Of a stretch of DNA of 64,000 nt, positions 43,771-52,806 are shown piece by piece (the stretch's first letter is position 1; every line of letters starts with the position of its first letter). Origin of the DNA: Nitrospinales bacterium. GTDB lineage: Bacteria; Nitrospinota; Nitrospinia; Nitrospinales; VA-1. Made by a program: the position numbers and the translations under genes. The notes under the pieces were generated by a model. The model did not search any database. It was not told where the DNA came from and saw only the letters and a list, made by a program, of their open reading frames with translations. The DNA lies in contig OZ253582.1 of assembly GCA_965263085.1 (NCBI GenBank), positions 1,848,385 through 1,912,384 on the forward strand, given 5' to 3'.

Positions 43771-45267
43771 TTAGGTTTTAAACCCGACCGCCCCCTGAAA
43801 CCGGGTGTCTGTGGTGTCGGCAAAATCCATTTTGGTTCCGGTCAGGTCGGCATCTATGAACAGGCTCTCACTCATTTTAGCTCCCGTAAAGTTCGCCGAG
43901 TTCAGCTTTGCTTTGGAGAAGTCAGCATGTTCCAAATCCGCTCGCCGCAAATCTACCTGTTTTAAGTTAGCGTTCTGCAAATTAGCGTTCCTCAATTTTG
44001 TTCCTGCCATGTCCGCATTTTCCAGATTGACCCCTTCCAAGTTCGCTTTTTGAAGATTTGCTCCAGTCAGGAAAGCGTTTTTCAAGTTGGCGTTTGTCAA
44101 AATGGCTTCGGTCAAGTTTGCCCGGCTGAGATCAGCTTTTTCCAGAATGGCTTCATTCAATTCTGCCCCACTCAAGTTTGCCCCGCTTAAATCTGCTCCG
44201 GTCAAATCAACCAGCGTTAATTTTGCCTTGGTCATCCGTGCGCCACTTAATTGCGCGCCATTTAATTTAGCTTGATTTAGTTTAATGCGGTCTAAATTGG
44301 CGCCGGCCAGTTTGGCCCCAACCAGATTAGCGCTGGTCAGGTCTGCGATATTTAAATCCGCTTCGGATAAATCTGAGTTCTTAAGATCCGTTCTCCTTAA
44401 TATGGCACCATTTAATTTAGCGCGACTCAAATCTGCGTTGTGAAAGCTGGCATCGGTGAGATCTGCCCCAGTGAGATCGGCACGGGTGAGATGGGCATTG
44501 GTAAAATTTCCTCCCGCAAGTTTTGCTCCTTTGATCAAGGCGCGGTTGAGGTTTGCGGTTTTAAAGTTTGCCTCAAAAAAGACCCCCATGCTTAACCGTG
44601 AATCGGTAAAATCGGTTCCCTCAAAGTTAGTGCCATTGAACCGGGCTCGGCTCAGGTCGCTCTCGGTAATTTTTGCGTCTTTTAGGTCTGCCCGCGAGAA
44701 ATCAGAGTTGCTGAAATCAGTATTATCAAGATTGCATTGGACCAGCTTGGTTTCCATGGACTTTGACCTTCTGAAATTGGCTTTTTCCAGATTGGATTTA
44801 CTGAAATCAGTTCCCAGAAGTTTAGCGCCTTGAAGGTTTGTAGATTCCATATTGGCGTTAGTCATTACGCCTTCCAGGCAACTTATATTTTCCAGATCCG
44901 CGTCGCTGAGGTTGGCTTGATCCAGATTGGTTTGGTCCAGATTCGATTCTGCGAGTGTGCAATCGGACAGATTGGTATTTTTTAAATTAGTTTTTTGCAA
45001 GCTGATGCCGAGGAAATTAAGTCCCGAAAGATCCAATCCGGACAGGTCTTTTCCCTCAAACATATTTCCCAGACCGGGTTCTTCTTCTACGGCTTCATCT
45101 TCCTGATTTTCGTCTTGGTCGGAACCTTCTTCTTCCTCACTGACGGCTGCTTCATTTTCCTCATCGGGTTCATCATCTATGAGTTCGTCTTCATCTTCCT
45201 GGGATGCGAGTAGTTCGGCGTATTCTTCCAATTTCTCTTCAATTTCTTCGCGTGTGAAATCAGCCAT
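43771..45267 (-). CDS. Pentapeptide-repeat protein with an acidic N-terminal region
   Basis: 498 aa. The first ~65 aa are D/E-rich, followed by >400 aa of uninterrupted A(D/N)LxG-type pentads. Confidence 0.85.
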   Translation of the reverse strand: MADFTREEIEEKLEEYAELLASQEDEDELIDDEPDEENEAAVSEEEEGSDQDENQEDEAVEEEPGLGNMFEGKDLSGLDLSGLNFLGISLQKTNLKNTNLSDCTLAESNLDQTNLDQANLSDADLENISCLEGVMTNANMESTNLQGAKLLGTDFSKSNLEKANFRRSKSMETKLVQCNLDNTDFSNSDFSRADLKDAKITESDLSRARFNGTNFEGTDFTDSRLSMGVFFEANFKTANLNRALIKGAKLAGGNFTNAHLTRADLTGADLTDASFHNADLSRAKLNGAILRRTDLKNSDLSEADLNIADLTSANLVGAKLAGANLDRIKLNQAKLNGAQLSGARMTKAKLTLVDLTGADLSGANLSGAELNEAILEKADLSRANLTEAILTNANLKNAFLTGANLQKANLEGVNLENADMAGTKLRNANLQNANLKQVDLRRADLEHADFSKAKLNSANFTGAKMSESLFIDADLTGTKMDFADTTDTRFQGAVGFKT

Positions 45268-45536
45268 TGAATCCTTCCTGAAACGATCAAAGATGCTTTA
45301 AAGGGTGCTTCTAATCATGGGTAAAGTGAGTGAAGTAGAGAAGCTATCTTAGCTTGGCTCGGAACGCAAGCCAGAACCGTCCATTTACGAAAATTCTTTC
45401 AGGGAGATAAGGGAGCGCCGGACTCATGGGCTGTTTTGTAGAGAAAATAGGCTTGGGATAGAGGCTATAATAAGGAAGACTTATGTGAGTGGTAGGTTTT
45501 GTAAGCCGATGGCCCGGCTCTCTTCTGGAAGTGTCT

Positions 45537-47372
45537 ATGGAAAGTGCAAACGATAAACCGGTTTTAATCTACGACGGCGATTGTGGGTTTTGCTGTTTAT
45601 GGGTAGCTCGTTGGAGCCCACTTACAGAAGAGGCTGTCGTTTATCGCTCTTCTCAGGAGGCAGGGGACAAGTACCCGCAGATTTCTCCCGAACGTTTTAC
45701 GTCCTCTGTCTATTTTGTCGCTTCTGATGGGAGTTTTTGTTCAGGGGCAAAAGCCGTGTTCAAGACGCTGGCTTATGCCCCAAATGGAAAATGGTTTCTC
45801 AGGGCTTATGAAAGTATGCCGGGGTTTGGCCCGGTTTCAGAATGGGTTTACAGACAGGTTGCCGAAAACCGAAAAGTTTTTAGTGGGCTCACCCGATGGA
45901 TTTGGGGAGGTTCCATGAAAGCACCTACCTGGTTTCTGACACGCCGTGTGTTTCTCTTTCTATTAGGCTTGATTTATTTCCTTGCCTTTTTATCTCTTTG
46001 GACTCAAATCGAGGGTCTAGTTGGACAAGAAGGCATTTATCCGGTCAAGACGTATTTAAAAGATGCCGCCTCGCACTGGGGATCGGAACGTTTTTGGAAA
46101 GTGCCCACTTTATTTTGGTTTCATGCCGGGGATGGGTTTCTGCGAGCGGTCTGCCTGCTGGGAGCGGTGGCTTCTCTGTTGGTCATGGCCAACCGTGCTG
46201 TAGGTTGGGCCTTGCTTATAATGTGGGGATTTTATCTTTCACTTTTTCAGGTAGCTCAACCCTTTTTAGGGTTTCAGTGGGATACTCTGCTTCTTGAAAC
46301 GGGATTCCTGAGCCTCTTTCTGGTCCCTTGGGCTGGCCGGGCACCGCTTCCATCTACTTTAATCCTTTTTCTATTAAGGTTTCTACTGTTTCGCGTTGTG
46401 TTTTCTTCAGGACTGGTCAAGGTTATCAGCAAGGATCCCACCTGGAATGATTTCACTGCACTTTATTATCATTATGAAACCCAACCGCTTCCAACCTGGA
46501 TAGGCTGGTACGTGCACCAACTGCCGCACGGGTTCCAGGAGTTTTCGGTGGCCTGTGTTTTTATCATTCAACTTGGGGTAGTGTTCCTGATATTCGGCCC
46601 CAGACGTATTCGTTATATTGGTTGTGCGGTGCTGGTATTTCTTGAAGTGTTGATTCTTCTGACCGGTAACTATTGTTTTTTTAATTTGTTGACCATAGCT
46701 CTATGCCTTCTTCTACTGGATGACTCGGTGCTTTCAAGGTGGATTCCTGGTAGCTGGAATTTTTCCGATATGAAAAAGCCCAAACCCAAACGTGTTTCCG
46801 TTTGGAGAAAAAGGTTGTTGGCGACGGCGGGATCAGGGGTGGTAGGGCTCTGCATCATGCTTTATGCGGTTCCTTTACTCGTTAATCCCGGCAATTATCC
46901 CGCCACTTATGTTTCCATCGCTAATGCGATTCGTCCTCTGCATATCTTTAATTCGTATAGCCTGTTCGCGGTGATGACAACATCAAGGCCGGAAATCATT
47001 ATTCTGGGAAGTAGTGACCGGGAGAACTGGTTTCCTTATGAGTTTAAATGGAAACCTGGCGATGTGACGAAGAAGCCGGAATTTGTTGCCCCGCACCAGC
47101 CTCGGCTGGATTGGCAAATGTGGTTTGCCGCTCTCAGTAATTATGAAAGAAACCCCTGGTTGATCCAGTTCATGACCCGCCTTTTGCAGGGCTCTCCTCC
47201 AGTAATTGGTTTGCTGGAGAATAACCCGTTTCCCGATAGTCCACCAAAATACCTGCAGGCAATGGTCTACGATTACCAGTTTTCAGACCTTGAAACCCTG
47301 AACCAGAACGGCTCTTGGTGGACCCGAAAACTTCTGCGCCCCTACACCCCTATCTTGCAATTACCAGAGTGA
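45537..47372 (+). CDS. DCC-type thiol-disulfide oxidoreductase (DUF393) domain fused to a lipase-maturation-factor (LMF) family membrane domain
   Basis: The ATG at 45537 gives MESANDKPVLIYDGDCGFC. It is followed by a polytopic region with LMF-like FQWDTLLLETGFL and PHQPRLDWQMWFAAL. Confidence 0.7.
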   Translation: MESANDKPVLIYDGDCGFCCLWVARWSPLTEEAVVYRSSQEAGDKYPQISPERFTSSVYFVASDGSFCSGAKAVFKTLAYAPNGKWFLRAYESMPGFGPVSEWVYRQVAENRKVFSGLTRWIWGGSMKAPTWFLTRRVFLFLLGLIYFLAFLSLWTQIEGLVGQEGIYPVKTYLKDAASHWGSERFWKVPTLFWFHAGDGFLRAVCLLGAVASLLVMANRAVGWALLIMWGFYLSLFQVAQPFLGFQWDTLLLETGFLSLFLVPWAGRAPLPSTLILFLLRFLLFRVVFSSGLVKVISKDPTWNDFTALYYHYETQPLPTWIGWYVHQLPHGFQEFSVACVFIIQLGVVFLIFGPRRIRYIGCAVLVFLEVLILLTGNYCFFNLLTIALCLLLLDDSVLSRWIPGSWNFSDMKKPKPKRVSVWRKRLLATAGSGVVGLCIMLYAVPLLVNPGNYPATYVSIANAIRPLHIFNSYSLFAVMTTSRPEIIILGSSDRENWFPYEFKWKPGDVTKKPEFVAPHQPRLDWQMWFAALSNYERNPWLIQFMTRLLQGSPPVIGLLENNPFPDSPPKYLQAMVYDYQFSDLETLNQNGSWWTRKLLRPYTPILQLPE

Positions 47373-47524
47373 GTGGATGTTGTGCCTTATAATTCCTGGT
47401 TATACGGCATACGTCAAACTATCCATCAAGTTGCGATTATTGAAAGGTTGTCGCTATTTTGGACGATGTTGGATGTTTGACGTTTCTTTGTTCTGGCTAA
47501 TATTCTCATAATATATTGAAAATT

Positions 47525-47552
47525 TTGATAGCTTTTATATTTTGGTTATAAT
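47525..47552 (+). promoter_or_regulatory. Candidate sigma70 promoter for the sigma54-activator gene
   Basis: TTGATA (47525-47530), a 16-nt spacer, then TATAAT (47547-47552). The ATG at 47562 is only 9 nt after the -10 hexamer. Confidence 0.45.
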
Positions 47553-47561
47553 AGGCCTATC

Positions 47562-48623
47562 ATGAAGATAAAAATTGACACAGATAGTTTCAGCATTATT
47601 GGAGAAAGCCCACAGATTCGCGAGGTTTTTGACACTGTGACCCGTGCCGCAGGTTCCCAAAGCGCTGTGATGATTTATGGGGAAAGCGGAACGGGAAAGG
47701 AACTGATTGCCCGAGCTTTGCATTTAAACAGTCCGCGTGCTTCCCAGCCTTTCATTACTGTCAACTGTGCTGCTATTCCTCATGACTTGCTGGAGAGCGA
47801 ATTATTTGGTTATGAAAAAGACGCGTTCACGGGTGCTGTGAATACTCATATCGGTCGGATGGAGTTAGCAAATCAGGGAACGGTCTTTCTCGATGAAATC
47901 GGCGATATGCCTCTGACTTTGCAAGTAAAGTTGTTAAGAGTTCTGGCGGAAAGGAAGATCGATCGCATTGGCAGTACCAAGTCGATGCCGCTCGACATTC
48001 GGGTGATCACCGCCACGCGCCAGAATCTGGAAACCGCCATTGAGGAGAGTCGGTTTCGGGAAGACTTGTATTACCAACTCAATATCATTCCTCTCAATCT
48101 TCCTCCTTTACGCGAACGGAAAATGGACATTCCGCTTTTGGTTAACCATTTTCTTGCGCGGTTCAATAGGTCCGGCAGTCCTAAAGCCATTAGTGATGAA
48201 GCGATGAACGTATTGGTGAACTATTCCTGGCCGGGAAACATTCGGGAACTGGCGAACTTCGTCGAGCGCATGGTGGTGCTGGGTATTGGCTCGACGATCA
48301 CCCCGAGAGACTTGCCGGATAAAGTCATGGGCGAAGCCCTCAGAGAAAAATGGACCCCTCTTGCAGAAGAGCCTCAGCCGGAAGGAAACCCTGCCCAGAT
48401 TCTGCAACGGTCACTAAAGCAGTCCTTCCGCGTAGGAATTCCCGATAAAGGTGTCAACCTGAAAAAACTGGCGGCGGATTTCGAGAAGGAACTTCTCATC
48501 GAAGCGTTGGAAAAAACCGATTGGGTGAAAAACAAGGCGGCAATTTTGCTGGGCCTCAACCGTACCACTCTGGTCGAAAAACTCAAAAAACTGAAAATCA
48601 CCAACCCGGAAACCAGGCGCTAG
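47562..48623 (+). CDS. Sigma54-dependent transcriptional activator (bEBP) without an N-terminal sensory domain
   Basis: 353 aa. The AAA+ domain starts at ~residue 10 (GESGTGKE, FLDEIGDM). The GAFTGA loop reads DAFTGA. The C-terminal Fis-type HTH is AAILLGLNRTTLVEKLKKL. Confidence 0.85.
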   Translation: MKIKIDTDSFSIIGESPQIREVFDTVTRAAGSQSAVMIYGESGTGKELIARALHLNSPRASQPFITVNCAAIPHDLLESELFGYEKDAFTGAVNTHIGRMELANQGTVFLDEIGDMPLTLQVKLLRVLAERKIDRIGSTKSMPLDIRVITATRQNLETAIEESRFREDLYYQLNIIPLNLPPLRERKMDIPLLVNHFLARFNRSGSPKAISDEAMNVLVNYSWPGNIRELANFVERMVVLGIGSTITPRDLPDKVMGEALREKWTPLAEEPQPEGNPAQILQRSLKQSFRVGIPDKGVNLKKLAADFEKELLIEALEKTDWVKNKAAILLGLNRTTLVEKLKKLKITNPETRR

Positions 48624-48784
48624 CGTGATGCCCACTCGGTGTACCCCTCCGGGGCGCGAGGGCTAAGGTAATATTATGGCTGAGGAAAAATATCACGCAA
48701 CTTGCTTCCCTTGCAAGAGGGTCGGCGAGCAAAGATGCTATTGGCTCAATGGGCTATTGCCCATTGCTCGTCCCTGCTAAGGGG

Positions 48785-48985
48785 TTATTCGATGCGGGCG
48801 TCTGCGAGTTCTTGCGCCACCTTGGTGACATCTTTGACAAATTTCGCGAAGGCTTTGTCGTCGTCTTTGTGTTGGGTTTGCCTGCGGATTTGTTCCCCAT
48901 CCGTGTCAATAACAATATCCAGGACATTGACCCCGGGAGTCACGTGATGTTTTCTGATCTCCACTCTAATTTCATTGACTTCCAT
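48785..48985 (-). CDS. Hypothetical 66-aa protein
   Basis: The ATG at 48985 has GGAGAG 7-8 nt upstream. I recognise no family. Confidence 0.35.
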   Translation of the reverse strand: MEVNEIRVEIRKHHVTPGVNVLDIVIDTDGEQIRRQTQHKDDDKAFAKFVKDVTKVAQELADARIE

Positions 48986-49173
48986 AGGTTGCTCTCCAAA
49001 TTTTACCAACAACAATTTTTAATAATATCTCTCTCTCGCTGGGAGAGTATTTAATATCATTTTGGGATAAGGCGGTCAAGTCCCTAAAACCGAGATAACC
49101 TGTTGCCTGCCTACATGGCTAGTGTGGTACTATCCTTCCTTTAATTTAAAAATATTTTTTATCGGTTTCCTCT

Positions 49174-50643
49174 ATGATTTGTGTCCCTGTTGTTGGTCCC
49201 TCCATGTCCAAAGCCCGAGAGCAGATCGCGTTAGCCTCTGCGATCGCCGATATCCTGGAACTGCGCCTGGATTTGATAGAGGCCCCCGACCTGAACACGT
49301 TGCTTGATTTGGCCAGCTTGCCGGTCATCGTCACTAACCGCTCGAAACACGATGGTGGACAATTTAAGGGGCTGGATGGAGACCGCGTGCAGTTGCTTCG
49401 CAATGCTCTGAAAGCCGGAGCCGATTATGTAGATATTGAAGTCTCCACGCCCCGGGAATATTTACAACCTTTCCTGGAAGAAGGCGACCCCTCAAAAATC
49501 ATTCTTTCTTATCACGACTTCTCACACACACCCGAAGATTTCAATCCGCTTTATGAAACCATGTGCGAACTGCCGGGAGAAATTATCAAGATCGTTACTT
49601 ACGCCCGGGACCTTGGTGATAACCTGAAAATGTTTGAACTGCTTAAACGCGCCCGGCAGGAGAAGCAAAAACTGATCGGACTTTGCATGGGTGACTTGGG
49701 CGAAATCAGTCGCATCCTTTCTCCTCTCTTTGGCGGATTCCTGACCTTTGGCAGTCTCGAATCCGGTCAGGAGAGTGCTCCCGGTCAGATTCCCGCAACA
49801 ACCCTCAAGGATATTTACCAGGTCAACACCGAGCGTTCCGATTTTAAAATTTATGGTGTTATTGGCAATCCGGTATCGAAGAGCCTTGGTTATCTGGTAC
49901 ATAACCGGGCTTTCCAGGAAAAGTTATCTCAAGACATTTATGTTTCTTTTCTGGTCGATAATGTGGAAAAGTTTTTCAATGATTTTAAGGACTTCTTCAT
50001 CGGACTGAGTGTCACCATGCCTGCCAAGGAAAAGATCATACCCCTATTGGACAGGATCGATGATACAGCCCGAAAAATCGGCGCGGTCAATACGGTGGTG
50101 AAAGAAGGAACGGACTGGGTGGGTTATAACACCGACTGCTCCGGTGCCATTTCAGCTCTTGAAACTTGTACGTCGTTGCGGGATAAAAATGTTCTCATCA
50201 TTGGCTCTGGCGGAACCGCCAAGGCCATTGGTTTTGGTGTGAAAGAAAAAGGCGGTCGATTGACCGTCACCTACAATAAAAATAAAGAACGAGGCGAAAG
50301 ACTGGCAAAGGAGTTGGACTGCGAACTGGTGCATGCACGTGATGCGGGAACTCGTACCATAGATGTGTTGATCAATTGTTCGCCGGTTGGCATGAGTCCG
50401 AAGGTCGATGAAAGTCCGTTTCCGGCAGGGAACTTCAAAGAAGGCATGGTGGTGTTCGACTCAGTCTATAATCCGTTAGAGACAAGACTTTTGCGCGAGG
50501 CCAAATCTGCCAGGTGCACGGTCATTCCGGGCTATGAGTTGTTCATCAATCAGGCGGCCCGCCAGTTTGAACTGTGGACCGGTCAACCCGCCCCCATCGA
50601 CACTATGCGCGAAGTACTGTTGGAAAATCTTAGAAGCCACTAG
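49174..50643 (+). CDS. Bifunctional 3-dehydroquinate dehydratase (type I) / shikimate dehydrogenase
   Basis: 489 aa. AroD-like N-terminal half (ICVPV...LELRLD...). The AroE-like C-terminal half has VIGNPVSKSL, NVTMP-like LSVTMP and GSGGTAKA. Confidence 0.8.
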   Translation: MICVPVVGPSMSKAREQIALASAIADILELRLDLIEAPDLNTLLDLASLPVIVTNRSKHDGGQFKGLDGDRVQLLRNALKAGADYVDIEVSTPREYLQPFLEEGDPSKIILSYHDFSHTPEDFNPLYETMCELPGEIIKIVTYARDLGDNLKMFELLKRARQEKQKLIGLCMGDLGEISRILSPLFGGFLTFGSLESGQESAPGQIPATTLKDIYQVNTERSDFKIYGVIGNPVSKSLGYLVHNRAFQEKLSQDIYVSFLVDNVEKFFNDFKDFFIGLSVTMPAKEKIIPLLDRIDDTARKIGAVNTVVKEGTDWVGYNTDCSGAISALETCTSLRDKNVLIIGSGGTAKAIGFGVKEKGGRLTVTYNKNKERGERLAKELDCELVHARDAGTRTIDVLINCSPVGMSPKVDESPFPAGNFKEGMVVFDSVYNPLETRLLREAKSARCTVIPGYELFINQAARQFELWTGQPAPIDTMREVLLENLRSH

Positions 50644-50649
50644 GTGGAG

Positions 50650-50988
50650 TTAGCCTTGAGGACGGTAACGAGGCACAGTGGGGTCCACTATTTGCGACCA
50701 TGCATCAATGCCACCGACCAGATTGTGGACAGTTTTGAATCCACATTCGATCAATTCATTGGCCGCTCTTTGCGAGCGTTCGCCGTAGTGGCAGATCACT
50801 ACAATTTCTTCCTCAAAAATAAATTCCTGCTGTCGGTCAACGACCTCAGCTAGAGGAAAATTTTCTGATCCGTCAATGGCGGCAAGGGAAAACTCCCAAG
50901 GCTCCCGCACATCAAGCAGAAAAATATCTTCTCCGTTATCCAGTTTCTTTTTCAACTCAACGGGTTGCAGTTGTTGGATGGAAGGCAT
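50650..50988 (-). CDS. Single-domain rhodanese sulfurtransferase
   Basis: The ATG at 50988 gives MPSIQQLQPVELKKKL...; the active-site loop is CHYGERS. The longer track ORF (to 51342) runs into the SLC13 gene and is rejected. Confidence 0.8.
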   Translation of the reverse strand: MPSIQQLQPVELKKKLDNGEDIFLLDVREPWEFSLAAIDGSENFPLAEVVDRQQEFIFEEEIVVICHYGERSQRAANELIECGFKTVHNLVGGIDAWSQIVDPTVPRYRPQG

Positions 50989-50996
50989 CGGTGTGA

Positions 50997-52451
50997 TTAT
51001 TGAAAGCCAATCATTGGCCAGTAGAACATGAGCAGGAGCAGGTAGAAAGCCAGGCCCAGTAAACTTAGGACGCTTCCTGACCAGACCATCTCCTTCAAGG
51101 TCAAGAACCTCGAAGAGTATGCCAGCGCCGAGGCTGGAGTGGCGATCGGTAAAATGAAAGCAAAGTTGCTGGGCAGAATCACCGTCATGGTGGCCAGTGC
51201 CGGATTGATACCATAGGCTGGACTCATGCTGATAGCTGTTGGCAGAAGTATGGCGATGACTGCCGAATTGCTCATGAAAGTGGTGAACAGGGTTGACAAC
51301 AATGCGATGGCCAGCAGAAAGCCGGTGCCTGAATCGACCCATCCGGAAAACAGTTTTTCAGCCAGCCATAATGCTGCTCCCGATTCCGACATGACCTCCC
51401 CCAGGCAGATGGCGCCACCATACATCAAGACAATAGCCCAGTTGATATGGGCTTCCACCATTTTCCAAGTGATGAGGTTCAGCACGAATAACAGAACGAT
51501 GGAAATGATAGCGATGTTAGCGATGCCCAACTGGTCGCCATACCCGAACCAGCAAAAAAGCGTGGCTCCCATCACCATGGCGATGCCTTTTTCCTGAAAG
51601 GTCAACTTCCCCATGACCACAGCTTTTTGTTTCAATGTTTTTCGCGCTTGATCGATGTCCTGAATATCCGGGGGAAATAAAATTTTCAAGGCGGCCCACC
51701 CGGCTACGAACAGGAGTAGTACCAGTGGGAAACTTAACTGGGTGTATTGCAGAATACCCAGGGTTTGTTGTCCTGCGGTGGCTTTTTCCAGCATCTCTAC
51801 GCCGAGAGGCACGCGTCCCCCACCGAGTACGGTCATGGACCCGCCGATGATACATCCCCATGCCATAGCAAAGTACAGGGACTTGCCAAAGACGGAATTG
51901 TCGCGTTTTAAATTCAAGGACTGTGCGATTTCATGGATGATGGGAAGCAGGATGACAGCCACTGCGTGCTCGGACATGAAGCAGGAACTGACTGCTGCAA
52001 AGCAATAGGTAGAGGTGACCAGTCGCCCAGGAGTTGCGCTCCAGTGTTCCATGACCCAGATGGAAACGCGGGTGCTGAGTCCACAGGCGATCATTGCCGC
52101 AGACAGGATGAAGACGCCCAGTATAAAGAAGACTGCTTTGTTACCAAAATAACTGTAAGCCTGAGTGGCCTCCATAATTCCCAGCAGTGGAACTGCGGCG
52201 ATGGCCAGCAGACTGGTGATCGAGAGGGGAATAAGGTTGGTCGCCCAAAGACAGACACAGAGAATAAAAAGGCAAAGAACTTTATAGCCTTCGTGTGAAA
52301 GGTCGTCAGGGCCTTCCAGCCCCAGCAACAAGGCAAAAGTGCCAAAAAACAGGGCTAGAAAAATATAGCGGCGCAGGCGGTCAAACAGCACAATCCATAG
52401 AGGGCGTTTGTCGACAAAGATCTGCGGGTTATTTGATGAGGAATCGGTCAT
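50997..52451 (-). CDS. SLC13/DASS-family anion:sodium symporter
   Basis: 484 aa and polytopic. SNSA/SNxA-type hairpin motifs FMSNSAV and the overall layout. Confidence 0.7.
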   Translation of the reverse strand: MTDSSSNNPQIFVDKRPLWIVLFDRLRRYIFLALFFGTFALLLGLEGPDDLSHEGYKVLCLFILCVCLWATNLIPLSITSLLAIAAVPLLGIMEATQAYSYFGNKAVFFILGVFILSAAMIACGLSTRVSIWVMEHWSATPGRLVTSTYCFAAVSSCFMSEHAVAVILLPIIHEIAQSLNLKRDNSVFGKSLYFAMAWGCIIGGSMTVLGGGRVPLGVEMLEKATAGQQTLGILQYTQLSFPLVLLLFVAGWAALKILFPPDIQDIDQARKTLKQKAVVMGKLTFQEKGIAMVMGATLFCWFGYGDQLGIANIAIISIVLLFVLNLITWKMVEAHINWAIVLMYGGAICLGEVMSESGAALWLAEKLFSGWVDSGTGFLLAIALLSTLFTTFMSNSAVIAILLPTAISMSPAYGINPALATMTVILPSNFAFILPIATPASALAYSSRFLTLKEMVWSGSVLSLLGLAFYLLLLMFYWPMIGFQ

Positions 52452-52806
52452 AAATTTAAACGTTGCTAAAAATAAATACGCCAGCAGTGGTTCTTTTAAC
52501 TGGGATAACGCTCTGCTAGCCAGATGCGGTGGTTACCTCTCTGGGCATGAGGGTTAAGCTGGGTATTGCAGCTACGGAAGAATATCATGTGCTCGTTGAG
52601 CCTAGCATCACGCTGTGATGATAACCTGCTGATAGTTAAAGAGCTATAACAAACTTGCCGATCACGCAAAAAAGTCAGGAGATAAAAATTTTATATAGTT
52701 TGGTTGTTTTCAATGGTATCTTACTTGTTCATAGCCTTTTCGGAAGCCTAAAAGAAAAACTGAAGCACCTTGCGGGGTTATTGCCCGCTTTGGAGGAACC
52801 TGTTTG

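Noticed and set aside
43771-45267. Strong short-period repetitiveness of the DNA, considered as a possible CRISPR or other non-coding array
   Set aside because: The periodicity is 15 nt and in frame with a 498-aa ORF encoding pentapeptide repeats. There are no conserved direct repeats separated by unique spacers.
50989-51342. Upstream extension of the rhodanese ORF (track 50650-51342)
   Set aside because: It overlaps the 3-prime part of the SLC13 permease gene in another frame. The rhodanese domain begins at the internal Met (50988), 9 nt after the permease stop.
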